Shown here piece by piece: positions 19,578-28,805 of a stretch of 64,000 bases of DNA. The DNA is taken from the NCBI GenBank assembly GCA_036267755.1, contig DATAVK010000134.1, positions 2,799 to 66,798 of the forward strand, in the 5' to 3' direction. The notes below the pieces were generated by a model that made no database searches, was not told where the DNA came from, and saw only the letters and a program-made list of their open reading frames with translations. This DNA comes from Mycobacteriales bacterium (GTDB lineage: Bacteria; Actinomycetota; Actinomycetes; JAFAQI01). The stretch's first letter is position 1. The number at the start of each line of letters is the position of its first letter. Position numbers and translations under genes: made by a program.

Positions 19578-20777
19578 TCAGTCGACCGAGAGCGGGTAAC
19601 CCGCGGCGCGCAGCCGTTCGAGCACCCGTTCGCGATGCTCCGCTCCGCGCATCTCCAGCTGGAGGGCGACTTCGACTTCGTCGAGGTGCAGCGCGCCACC
19701 AGTCCGTAGGTGCTCCACGTCGAGGACGTTGGCGCCGGAGGCCGCGAGCTCGCCGAGCAACCGGGCCAGCTCACCCGGCCGGTCCGGCACCCGGAGGTGG
19801 AACGACAGGTAGCGGCCGGCCGCGATCATGCCGTGACGCAGCACCCGCATCAGGAGCAACGGGTCGATGTTGCCGCCCGAGAGCACCGCGACCACGGGCG
19901 GCTCGAAGTCTTGTGGCCCTTCCATCACGGCGGCAACCGACGCGGCGCCGGCCGGTTCGACGACGAGCTTGGCGCGCTCGAGGCAGAGCAGCAGCGCGCG
20001 GGCTAAGGCGTCCTCATCGACCGCGACAACGTCGGCCGCGTGCTGACGCACCAGCTCATAGGTCAGCCTCCCTGGGCTGCCGACCGCGATCCCGTCCGCC
20101 ATCGTCGCCATCGACTCGAGCCGCACCGGCCGACCGGCGGCGAGCGAGGGCGGGAAGCTCGCCGCGCCGGCAGCCTGGACCCCGACGATCCGGACCTCGG
20201 GACGCAACGCCTTGACCGCAACACAAATCCCGGCCAGCAGGCCGCCGCCACCGGTGCCGACAACGATGGTGCGGACGTCGGGGCACTGCTCGAGGATCTC
20301 GAGACCGACGGTCCCCTGGCCGGCCACGACGTCGGGATGGTCGAAGGGATGGATGAGTACGGCGCCCGTGCGCTCAGCGTGCTCCGAGGCGGCGACGAGC
20401 GCCTCGTCGACGGTGATGCCCGCGAACCGCACGTCCGCGCCGTAGGACCGGGTCGCGGCGATCTTCGGGATCGGTGCGCCCTCTGGCATGTAGACCACGG
20501 CGTCGGTCCCGAGCAGGGACGCGGCCAGCGCGACTCCCTGGGCGTGGTTGCCGGCGCTCGCAGCGACGACCCCGTTGCGGCGTTCGGCCGGGGATAGCCG
20601 GGAGATCCGCACATAGGCACCGCGCAGCTTGAACGATCCGGCGCGCTGCTGGTTCTCACACTTCAGCCAGACCGGGCCCCCGACCAGTTGCGAGAGCGGC
20701 CGCGACGGCTGCATAGGGGTACGTCGGACGACGTCACGCAACAGGTCCTGGGCCGCCTCGACGTCACTGAGCTGCAC
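19578..20777 (-). CDS. ilvA: threonine ammonia-lyase (threonine dehydratase)
   Basis: PLP-Lys context CENQQRAGSFKLRGA and a C-terminal ACT-like domain. The start is uncertain: GTG at 20777 or 20792, while the track ATG at 20837 overlaps the ROK gene by 56 nt. Confidence 0.9.
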   Translation of the reverse strand: MQLSDVEAAQDLLRDVVRRTPMQPSRPLSQLVGGPVWLKCENQQRAGSFKLRGAYVRISRLSPAERRNGVVAASAGNHAQGVALAASLLGTDAVVYMPEGAPIPKIAATRSYGADVRFAGITVDEALVAASEHAERTGAVLIHPFDHPDVVAGQGTVGLEILEQCPDVRTIVVGTGGGGLLAGICVAVKALRPEVRIVGVQAAGAASFPPSLAAGRPVRLESMATMADGIAVGSPGRLTYELVRQHAADVVAVDEDALARALLLCLERAKLVVEPAGAASVAAVMEGPQDFEPPVVAVLSGGNIDPLLLMRVLRHGMIAAGRYLSFHLRVPDRPGELARLLGELAASGANVLDVEHLRTGGALHLDEVEVALQLEMRGAEHRERVLERLRAAGYPLSVD

Positions 20778-20781
20778 CGGG

Positions 20782-21726
20782 TCAGTCTGCACCGTGCTCC
20801 CAGTACGTCTTGCCGGCCAGGACCAGGGCCGCCGCACCGATCAGTCCGGCTTCGGCGCCGTTCTCGGCCGGGACGATCCCGCACCGGCGGGCGAAGTCCA
20901 ACCGGGCGTGACGGCGGAATGACTCCCGCGCTGGGCCGAGCAGCAGGTCACCCGCGCCCGCCAGGCCACCCCCGATGACCGCGACCTCGAGCTCGAGCAG
21001 TGACGTGGCACCGGCCAGCGCGATGCCCAGCGCGTCCCCGGCTCGGGCAAAGGCGGCTCGGGCGACCTGGTCACCGGCGCGCGCTGACTCGGCGAGGGCC
21101 TTGCCATCCGCGGTCGCACCCGCGGGCGGCGACCAGCCGTGCTGCTTCGCCCAGCCGACCACCGCGGGGCCACGCGCCACGGCCTCCAGGCAGCCGCGGG
21201 CACCGCAGCCGCACACCGGGCCGTCGGGCTCGACCACGAGGTGCCCGAGGTGCCCGGCGTTGCCGCTCGCCCCGTTGACGATGCGGCCGCCCAACAGCAC
21301 GCCACCACCGACGCCGGTCGACACCACGACGCCGAGCGCAGCGTCCGTGCCACGGGCAGCGCCCTGCCAGTGCTCACCTGCGAGCATGGCGACGGCGTCA
21401 TTGTGGATCCGGACAGTCGCGTCGGGGAACCGCTCGAGGAGCCTGGCCCGCAACGGGAAGTCGCGCCAGGCCGGCAGGTTGATCGGCGAGACGACACCAG
21501 CAGGCCACAGCATCGGGCCACCGCAGCCCACCCCGACGGCGGTCGGCGACTGGCCTCCCACCACGTCGTCGAGCAGGGTGCGCACGGTCTGCCACAGCTC
21601 GTCTCCGCGGTTCGCCCCGGTTGGGTCGGTCGGGACCTCGCGGCGACCGGTGACGGCTCCGGAGTCATCGACCCATGCGGCGGCGAGCTTCGTGCCACCC
21701 ACATCCAGCGCCAGAGCTCGTGTCAT
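20782..21726 (-). CDS. ROK family sugar kinase (glucokinase-like)
   Basis: LDVGGTK N-terminal ATPase motif and zinc motif CGCGARGCLE. ATGA overlap with the upstream FIST gene. Confidence 0.9.
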   Translation of the reverse strand: MTRALALDVGGTKLAAAWVDDSGAVTGRREVPTDPTGANRGDELWQTVRTLLDDVVGGQSPTAVGVGCGGPMLWPAGVVSPINLPAWRDFPLRARLLERFPDATVRIHNDAVAMLAGEHWQGAARGTDAALGVVVSTGVGGGVLLGGRIVNGASGNAGHLGHLVVEPDGPVCGCGARGCLEAVARGPAVVGWAKQHGWSPPAGATADGKALAESARAGDQVARAAFARAGDALGIALAGATSLLELEVAVIGGGLAGAGDLLLGPARESFRRHARLDFARRCGIVPAENGAEAGLIGAAALVLAGKTYWEHGAD

Positions 21727-22901
21727 CCGGCGGCCGAGGAGCCGAAGACCAGCATTGACGCGGTGAACGCATGCACGAAGTTGCTGCCACCGACGGGGCC
21801 GATCTCGCCAGCCGCGAAACAGCCGGCCACCCCGGACGCGACCAGCTCCGCCCGAATGACGCCGGGATCGTGGTCCGCCGTACCGAACAGCGCTGCTCCT
21901 CGTCCGTTGCAGGAGAACAGTACGGCGCCCTCGACGTCACCGCGGCCGCTGCTCGCGAAGCGCCGCAAGCTGTCCCGCAGGTCGGTGTCAGCGGCCGCCG
22001 CGTCGCGCACCTGGAACCGCACCGTGCTCCCCACGTCCAGCAGATCCGACACCACCAGCGCCTCCCGGTCGCGGTCGACGCCGGCGATCCCACGGATCAG
22101 GAAGTCACCCTGGCTGTGCTCGTCGACGTACTCGTCGCGCGCGACCCCTAGCTGCAGACCCTCGGACGCCAGGGCCTGCTCGTCCGGCGGAAGCGTCTTG
22201 AGGATCTCCTGGGTCTTGCGCAGCGCCGGCATGCCGGCCAGCTCGAGGACGAGATTGCCGTCGGCCGCGGTCACCGTCATCGCCGGGCCGACCGGTCGGC
22301 AGCCCTGACTGACCAGCGCTCGCATGCCGACGCCGCCCCCGAGGACGACACCCACCGCGCCCCGGTCGACGACGCGGCCGTCGAGCAGCAGCCGGGTCGA
22401 GCCCCGCCCGGCGGTGCCGACCGCCATCCCGCCGACGATCGGCAGCGGCCGACCGGGCTGGTGGTTCGTCTGGGTGACGAAGGAGTCCGTCGGGAACGAC
22501 CATCCGTCGGCGAGCAGCAGCATCACCCCGTCGGAGTGCACCCGCTCGGGCAGGCCAACCACGGCTACGCCGCCGTCAGTGGGGATTGCCTCCAGCGCGA
22601 AGCCGCGGACCCGCAGGTCGGGGACGGCCGCGCACCAGACGCTGACTGCCGTCTCGGTCTCCACTCCGCGACCATCCGCGATGACACCTGGCGCGGTGCA
22701 GCCGATCACGCTCGTCGCGCCGGTCAGCTCCGACGCCCGCTGCAACGCGTTTGCGGCGGCGTCGGCCTCGCCGCCACTGACGAACACGGCGGCGAGGGTG
22801 GGAATGACGCCATCCAGCGGGGCCGTCGCGAGGCGCGTCGCGCGTTCGGCGGCGACGACGAGATCGGCGTCGACCGCCAACCCGTCACCGAATCGCACCA
22901 T
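21723..22901 (-). CDS. FIST domain (FIST_N + FIST_C) protein
   Basis: 392 aa from the ATG at 22901, preceded by GGAGGA. The sequence after MVRFGDGLAV resembles stand-alone FIST sensors. The upstream part of the 717-aa track ORF is a run-on antisense to the AAA+ gene. Confidence 0.8.
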   Translation of the reverse strand: MVRFGDGLAVDADLVVAAERATRLATAPLDGVIPTLAAVFVSGGEADAAANALQRASELTGATSVIGCTAPGVIADGRGVETETAVSVWCAAVPDLRVRGFALEAIPTDGGVAVVGLPERVHSDGVMLLLADGWSFPTDSFVTQTNHQPGRPLPIVGGMAVGTAGRGSTRLLLDGRVVDRGAVGVVLGGGVGMRALVSQGCRPVGPAMTVTAADGNLVLELAGMPALRKTQEILKTLPPDEQALASEGLQLGVARDEYVDEHSQGDFLIRGIAGVDRDREALVVSDLLDVGSTVRFQVRDAAAADTDLRDSLRRFASSGRGDVEGAVLFSCNGRGAALFGTADHDPGVIRAELVASGVAGCFAAGEIGPVGGSNFVHAFTASMLVFGSSAAG

Positions 22902-22979
22902 TCCTCCATCCTGCCCGCCCGCGCGTCCTCGCCGTACCGCCAATGGGTACCCGGTCGACACCGGACGTAGCGTGAAGTA

Positions 22980-24413
22980 GTGACTGCACCAACACCCGCT
23001 CCCTCCCACCTCCCAGCCACCGTCGGAGAGCTCCGCGCATCCGGACACCGCTATCGCAGCGTGAAGGCCGAGCTCCGCGACAACCTGCTGGCCCGGATGG
23101 CCGCCGGGGCCGACCGCTTCCCCGGCATCATCGGCTTCGACGAGACCGTCCTGCCGCAGGTCGAGCGCGCGATCCTCGCGGGCCACGACATCGTCCTGCT
23201 CGGCGAACGCGGTCAGGGCAAGACCCGGCTGATCCGTACCCTCGTCCAGCTGCTCGACGAGTGGACACCGGTGGTCGCCGGTTGTGAGATCAACGACCAT
23301 CCGTACGCGCCGACCTGCACCAGATGTCGCCTGCTCGCGACCGAACAGGGTGACGCGCTGGCCGTGAGCTGGAAGCCCCGTGACGAGAGGTACGCCGAGA
23401 AACTGGCGACACCAGACGTCTCGGTCGGTGACCTGATCGGCGACGTCGACCCCATCAAGGTGGCGCAGGGGCGAGCCCTGGGTGACCCCGAGACGGTGCA
23501 CTACGGCCTGGTGCCGCGCACCAACCGAGGGATCGTCGCCATCAACGAGCTCCCCGACCTCGCGGAGCGGATCCAGGTGGCACTGCTCAACGTCCTGGAG
23601 GAGCGCGACATCCAGGTCCGCGGCTACACGCTGCGGCTGCCGCTCGACCTGCTGCTGGTGGTGTCGGCCAATCCGGAGGACTACACGAACCGGGGCCGGA
23701 TCATCACGCCGCTGAAGGACCGCTTCGGCGCCGAGGTCCGCACCCACTACCCGATCGAGCTCGAGGACGAGCTGCGAGTCGTGCGCCAGGAAGCGCTGGT
23801 GAACTGGGGCGACGACGCGGTGTCGGCGGCGCTGCCGGACCACCTGGTCGAGGTCGTCGCGCGGTTCACCCGCCATGTTCGGGAGTCACCCGCGGTCGAC
23901 CAGCGCTCCGGCGTCTCGGCCCGCTTCGCCGTCGCCGCGGCGGAGACCATCGCCGCGTCCGCCGTCCGACGCCAGGCGCTCACCGGCGAAGAGGTCGCCG
24001 TGGCTCGGGTCGCGGACCTGCCGACGATCGTCCCGGCGATCCAGGGCAAGGTCGAGTTCGAGGCGTCCGAGGAGGGACGTGAGGCCGACGTACTCGAGCA
24101 CCTGCTGCGGCGCGCGGTTGCCGACACCTTCCGGTCGCGGCTCGGCGGCGTCGACCTGAATCCGCTGGTCGAGATCTTCGCTGAAGGCGCGACCGTGGAG
24201 ACCGGCGAGCTGGTGCCCGCCACCGACCTGCTGACCAGCCTCGGCACCGTGCCCGGCCTCGGCCGGATCCTCACGGCGCTGGGGATCGACGAGGGAGCCG
24301 AGACGCCCGGCCTCGCCGCCGCGGGGTTGGAGTTCGCCCTCGAAGGGCTGTACCTGTTGCGGCGGTTGTCCAAGGACTCGCTCGACGACCGGTCGGTGTA
24401 CGGCGCGCGATGA
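22980..24413 (+). CDS. AAA+ ATPase of the Mg-chelatase BchI/ChlI-like group
   Basis: Walker A GERGQGKT, Walker B-like VAINELPD, NVLEERD and arginine-finger region. Carries a Cys-x10-Cys-x2-Cys insert after Walker A. Confidence 0.85.
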   Translation: MTAPTPAPSHLPATVGELRASGHRYRSVKAELRDNLLARMAAGADRFPGIIGFDETVLPQVERAILAGHDIVLLGERGQGKTRLIRTLVQLLDEWTPVVAGCEINDHPYAPTCTRCRLLATEQGDALAVSWKPRDERYAEKLATPDVSVGDLIGDVDPIKVAQGRALGDPETVHYGLVPRTNRGIVAINELPDLAERIQVALLNVLEERDIQVRGYTLRLPLDLLLVVSANPEDYTNRGRIITPLKDRFGAEVRTHYPIELEDELRVVRQEALVNWGDDAVSAALPDHLVEVVARFTRHVRESPAVDQRSGVSARFAVAAAETIAASAVRRQALTGEEVAVARVADLPTIVPAIQGKVEFEASEEGREADVLEHLLRRAVADTFRSRLGGVDLNPLVEIFAEGATVETGELVPATDLLTSLGTVPGLGRILTALGIDEGAETPGLAAAGLEFALEGLYLLRRLSKDSLDDRSVYGAR

Positions 24414-26362
24414 GACGAGCCAGGTACGGCGAATGGCATGGCGGCGACGACCCGTTGGCTCCGCCGTACGACCTGTCGGGTGCACTGGACGACATCGGCG
24501 ACGCGGTGCTCGACGGGCTCACCCCGGCCGAGGCGTTGCAGCAGCTGCGGCGACAGGGGCTGGCGGGTCGACGCGGCCTCGACGACCTGCTGCGACAGGT
24601 CCGGGACCGCGCCCGCAAGGCCCGGCAAGCGGGTCGGCTGGACGGCACCCTCGAGCAGGTCCGTGAGCTGCTCGACCAGGCCATCGACGCCGAGCGACGG
24701 GAGCTGTTCCCGAACCCCAGCGACGACGCCCGGCTCGCCGAGGCGGAGCTTGACGCGCTCCCGCGGGAGACCGCGCGAGCCGTCCGCGAGCTCTCGACGT
24801 ACAACTGGCAGTCCGGCGAGGCCCGGCAGGCCTACGAGCAGATTCAGGACCTGTTGCGTCGCGAGGTGCTCGACAGCCAGTTCAAGGGGATGAAGGACGC
24901 GCTGCAGAACGGCGATCCCGAGTCTCAGCAACGAGTTGCCGACATGATGCAGGCGCTCAACGACATGCTCGACGCCGATGCGCGTGGTGAGGACACCACC
25001 CCGGCGTTCGAGGAGTTCATGGGCAACTACGGCGACTTCTTCCCCGACAACCCGAAGAACCTCGAGGAGCTCGTCGACTCGCTCGCCCGGCGGGCCGCGG
25101 CGGCGCAGCGGTTGATGAACTCGCTGTCTCCCGAGCAGCAGGCGGAGCTCGCCGGTCTGATGCAGCAGGCGATGCAGGACAGCGGCCTGGCCGAACAGAT
25201 GGCGCGACTGTCCGACCAGCTGCGCGCCCGGCGACCGGAGCTGGACTGGCAGGGACGGCAACGGATGCGCGGCGAGACCCCGTTGGGGCTCGGCGATGCC
25301 ACGACCGCCCTCGAGGAGTCCGCGGACCTCGCCGAGCTCGAAGCGATGCTCGGCCAGGACTACCCCGGCGCCTCCATCGAGGACGTCGACCCGGAGCTGG
25401 TCGAACGCGCTCTGGGCCGTGCCGCCGTCGACGACCTCGACGCGCTGCGTCGGGTCGAGCGCGAGCTGCAGGAGCAGGGGTACCTGAACCGGACCGACGG
25501 CGAGCTGACCCTGACCCCGAAGGGGATGCGGCGGCTGGGCGACTCGGCGCTCCGCCGGATCTTCACGACGTTGCACGCCCACGGTCGCGGTGACCACGAC
25601 ATGCGCGATGCCGGCGCCGCTGGCGACCCGACCGGGCAGACGAGGGCCTGGGAGTTCGGCGACGAGCAGCCGTTCGACGTCGTCCGGACTGTGCGCAACG
25701 CCGTACTGCGCTCGGGGGCTGGTACGCCGGTGCAGATCGACGTCGAGGACTTCGAGGTGGTCGAGACCGAGCGCCGGTCCGGGGCGGCAGTCGCCCTGCT
25801 CGTCGACCTGTCGTACTCGATGGCGTTGCGGGGAACGTGGGCGGCCGCGAAGTCGACGGCGCTCGCGTTGCACTCCCTCGTGACGACCCGCTATCCGCAG
25901 GACGCCATCGAGGTCATCGGATTCTCGCGCTACGCGCGCGTCCTCCAGCCGGCGGAGCTGCCGTCGCTGAGCTGGGACATGGTGCAGGGCACGAACCTGC
26001 AGCACGCGTTGATGTTGGCGTCGCGCCATCTCGCCCACCACCCGGACGCCGAGCCAGTCGTCATGGTCGTGACCGACGGCGAGCCGACTGCCCATCTGCT
26101 GCCCGACGGCAGCGCGTGGTTCGACTGGCCGACCCACCCCGAGACGACGGCCGCGACGATGGCCGAGGTCGAGCGGGTTACCCGTCGCGGCGCGACGATC
26201 AACGTGTTCATGCTCGACGACGAGCCCGGGCTGGTCCGCTTCGTGGAGTCGATGGCGGCACGCAACGGCGGCCGGGTGTTCTCGCCCGATGCCTCTCGGC
26301 TGGGCGAGTATGTCGTCAGTGACTACATCCGGGCACGACGAGGGCGCCGCGCCCGAGTCTGA
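24410..26362 (+). CDS. von Willebrand factor A domain protein (BchD-like C-terminus, long acidic helical N-region)
   Basis: 650 aa. C-terminal vWA with MIDAS DLSYSM and VVTDGEPT. ATGA overlap with the AAA+ gene. Confidence 0.85.
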   Translation: MRRARYGEWHGGDDPLAPPYDLSGALDDIGDAVLDGLTPAEALQQLRRQGLAGRRGLDDLLRQVRDRARKARQAGRLDGTLEQVRELLDQAIDAERRELFPNPSDDARLAEAELDALPRETARAVRELSTYNWQSGEARQAYEQIQDLLRREVLDSQFKGMKDALQNGDPESQQRVADMMQALNDMLDADARGEDTTPAFEEFMGNYGDFFPDNPKNLEELVDSLARRAAAAQRLMNSLSPEQQAELAGLMQQAMQDSGLAEQMARLSDQLRARRPELDWQGRQRMRGETPLGLGDATTALEESADLAELEAMLGQDYPGASIEDVDPELVERALGRAAVDDLDALRRVERELQEQGYLNRTDGELTLTPKGMRRLGDSALRRIFTTLHAHGRGDHDMRDAGAAGDPTGQTRAWEFGDEQPFDVVRTVRNAVLRSGAGTPVQIDVEDFEVVETERRSGAAVALLVDLSYSMALRGTWAAAKSTALALHSLVTTRYPQDAIEVIGFSRYARVLQPAELPSLSWDMVQGTNLQHALMLASRHLAHHPDAEPVVMVVTDGEPTAHLLPDGSAWFDWPTHPETTAATMAEVERVTRRGATINVFMLDDEPGLVRFVESMAARNGGRVFSPDASRLGEYVVSDYIRARRGRRARV

Positions 26363-27593
26363 GACTCCAAGCCCGACCGCTTCGCTGCGCCTCCCGCGCG
26401 AGGTGCGGGTGCTCGTGGTCGTGGCGTTCTTCGTCGCGCTCGGATTCGGGATCGTCGCGCCCGCCCTGCCGGTCTTCGCCCGCGACTTCGGAGTTGGCCG
26501 CGCCGCGGCGGGCGCGGTGATCAGCGCGTTCGCCGTGATGCGGATCGGGTTCGCGCTTCCAGCCGGGCGGCTCGTTGACCGGCTCGGCGAGCGGTTGGTC
26601 CTGGCGATCGGGATCGGGATCGTCGCCGTCAGCAGCGCCCTCGCCGGTCTGGCCGGCAGCTATTGGCAGCTCGTGGTGCTGCGGGGCATCGGGGGTGTCG
26701 GTTCCGCGATGTTCTCGATCGCAGCGATGAGCCTGCTCGTCCGGATGGTCCCGTCCGCCACTCGCGGCCGAGCGGTCGGGTTGTGGCAGGGCGGCTTCCT
26801 GCTCGGCGGCATCACCGGTCCGGCGTTGGGCGGCGTGGTGACCGGCATCTCGATCCGGCTTCCGTTCTTCCTGTACGCCGGAACCCTCACCGTCGCCGGC
26901 ACCGTGGCTCTGGTGGCGTTGCGGGCAACGCCACTCGCTGATCGCGGTGACCCGGCCACGCGGTCGCGCACCACCCTCGGGAGCGCGTTGCGGGATCCGG
27001 CGTACCGGGCTGCCTTGGCGGCGAACTTCGCCGACTCGTGGGGTGCGATCGGGATCCGGTCGGCGCTGGTGCCGTTGTTCGTCCACGACGTGCTGCACCG
27101 CTCGGTGGCATGGACCGGGATCGGGTTCCTCATCGTTTCGGCGGTGAACGCGGCGACGCTGTGGCCCGCCGCGCGCTACGCCGACCGGGTCGGGCGGCGG
27201 CCGCTCCTGATCGTCGGTACGGCGACCAGCGGTCTCGGCATCGCGATGCTCGCGATCTCTCCCACCCTCGGCGGCTACCTCGCGGGCCTGGCGCTACTCG
27301 GACTCGGCTCCGGCATGCTCGACGTCGCACCGGCTGCAGTCGTCGGCGACATCGTCGACGGCCGAGGCGGACCGGTGTTCGCCGCGTACGCCATGTCCGC
27401 CGACCTCGGCACCGTCTTCGGCCCGGTGGTGGCCGGTCGGATCGCCGACGTGTCGTACTCGGCGGCGTTCCTCGCCACGACCGGCATCCTGCTCGCGGCG
27501 TCTGTCCTTGGGGCGCTGTCACCGGAGACCAGAGGCCGGGTGCACCACGCGGAGCCGCTCGCGGCCGAGCCGGCAACAACCGGCCTCGGGTAG
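26310..27593 (+). CDS. MFS transporter (12-TM)
   Basis: About 12 TM segments, motif A-like GRLVDRLGER. The start is uncertain (26289 or 26310), and both overlap the end of the vWA gene. Confidence 0.8.
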   Translation: MSSVTTSGHDEGAAPESETPSPTASLRLPREVRVLVVVAFFVALGFGIVAPALPVFARDFGVGRAAAGAVISAFAVMRIGFALPAGRLVDRLGERLVLAIGIGIVAVSSALAGLAGSYWQLVVLRGIGGVGSAMFSIAAMSLLVRMVPSATRGRAVGLWQGGFLLGGITGPALGGVVTGISIRLPFFLYAGTLTVAGTVALVALRATPLADRGDPATRSRTTLGSALRDPAYRAALAANFADSWGAIGIRSALVPLFVHDVLHRSVAWTGIGFLIVSAVNAATLWPAARYADRVGRRPLLIVGTATSGLGIAMLAISPTLGGYLAGLALLGLGSGMLDVAPAAVVGDIVDGRGGPVFAAYAMSADLGTVFGPVVAGRIADVSYSAAFLATTGILLAASVLGALSPETRGRVHHAEPLAAEPATTGLG

Positions 27594-27602
27594 TCCCGAG
27601 CG

Positions 27603-28736
27603 CTACCTGGTGAGCGCTTGCCGGAGATCGGCGATCAGGTCGGCGGCCGACTCGATGCCGACCGACAGCCGGACCAGGTCGGGCGCGACCTCGAGCGCGG
27701 TGTCGGCGACGCTGGCGTGGGTCATCCGGCCGGGGTGCTCGATCAGCGACTCGACGCCGCCGAGCGACTCGGCCAGGATGAACAGCCGGGTACGACGGCA
27801 GATATCCAGTGCGTGCTCCTCGCCGCCGGCCGCGTGGAACGACACCATTCCGCCGTACCTCGTCATCTGCCGGGCCGCGACCTTGTCGGTGTCGGGGTAG
27901 CGAACCGCCGCGACGTCATCGTGCTGGCGGAGCATGGCGACCACTCGCTCGGCGTTGTCGCAGTGCCGGTCCATCCGGACGCCGAGCGTCTTGATGCCCC
28001 GCAACGACAGCCAGGCATCGAAGGCGCCGGCGATGCTGCCGATGGCGTTCTGGTGGAACGCGAGCTCGTCGCCGAGCTCGGCATCCCGGGCGATCAGGGC
28101 GCCGCCGACGACGTCGCTGTGGCCGCCGAGGTACTTCGTCGTCGAGTGGACGACCACGTCGGCGTCGAGGGCGAGCGGCTGCTGCAGGTACGGCGAGGCG
28201 AATGTGTTGTCCACGACGAGGCGGGCACCGGCCTCGTGCGCGATCCCTGCCAACGCGGCGATGTCGACGACCGCGAGCAGCGGGTTGGTGGGCGTCTCGC
28301 ACCAGATCAGCCGGGTGGTGTCACGGACGGCTGCCCGCACCGCCTCCAGATCCTGCTGGGCGACGGCGGTGAACGTGATGCCCCAGCGGTCGAGCACCTT
28401 GGCGAACAGCCGGAAGGTCCCGCCGTACGCATCGCCCGGGATGACGACATGGTCGCCCGGTCGGCACGTCGTACGAAGCAGGGTGTCCTCGGCGGCAAGT
28501 CCGCTGGCGAACGCGAGGCCCCGGGCGCCGCCTTCCAGCGACGCGAGACAGGTCTCGAGCGCCTTACGGGTCGGGTTGGCGCTGCGGCTGTACTCGTATC
28601 CGCCGCGCAGGCCGCCGACCCCGTCCTGCGCGAAGGTCGAGCTGAGCACCAGCGGCGTCACCACGGCACCGGTGGTCGGGTCGGGCTCTTGCCCCGCGTG
28701 GATCGCCCTGGTCTCGAACCCATCCTGTTCGGTCAC
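27603..28736 (-). CDS. metB: cystathionine gamma-synthase/lyase (PLP-dependent Cys/Met metabolism family)
   Basis: 377 aa with PLP-Lys context HSTTKYLGGHSDV. Sits beside cbs as in M. tuberculosis Rv1077-Rv1079. Confidence 0.88.
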   Translation of the reverse strand: MTEQDGFETRAIHAGQEPDPTTGAVVTPLVLSSTFAQDGVGGLRGGYEYSRSANPTRKALETCLASLEGGARGLAFASGLAAEDTLLRTTCRPGDHVVIPGDAYGGTFRLFAKVLDRWGITFTAVAQQDLEAVRAAVRDTTRLIWCETPTNPLLAVVDIAALAGIAHEAGARLVVDNTFASPYLQQPLALDADVVVHSTTKYLGGHSDVVGGALIARDAELGDELAFHQNAIGSIAGAFDAWLSLRGIKTLGVRMDRHCDNAERVVAMLRQHDDVAAVRYPDTDKVAARQMTRYGGMVSFHAAGGEEHALDICRRTRLFILAESLGGVESLIEHPGRMTHASVADTALEVAPDLVRLSVGIESAADLIADLRQALTR

Positions 28737-28805
28737 AAGACCACGGTAGCCATCAACCTGTCAGGCCTGTCGGCCCAAGTGGCCGCGCGCGCGTCCTGAC
28801 AAGTG

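Noticed and set aside
22902-23876. N-terminal extension of the 717-aa ORF 21723-23876.
   Set aside because: It is antisense to the AAA+ ATPase gene. FIST homology starts at MVRFGDG (22901), which has a GGAGGA ribosome-binding site.
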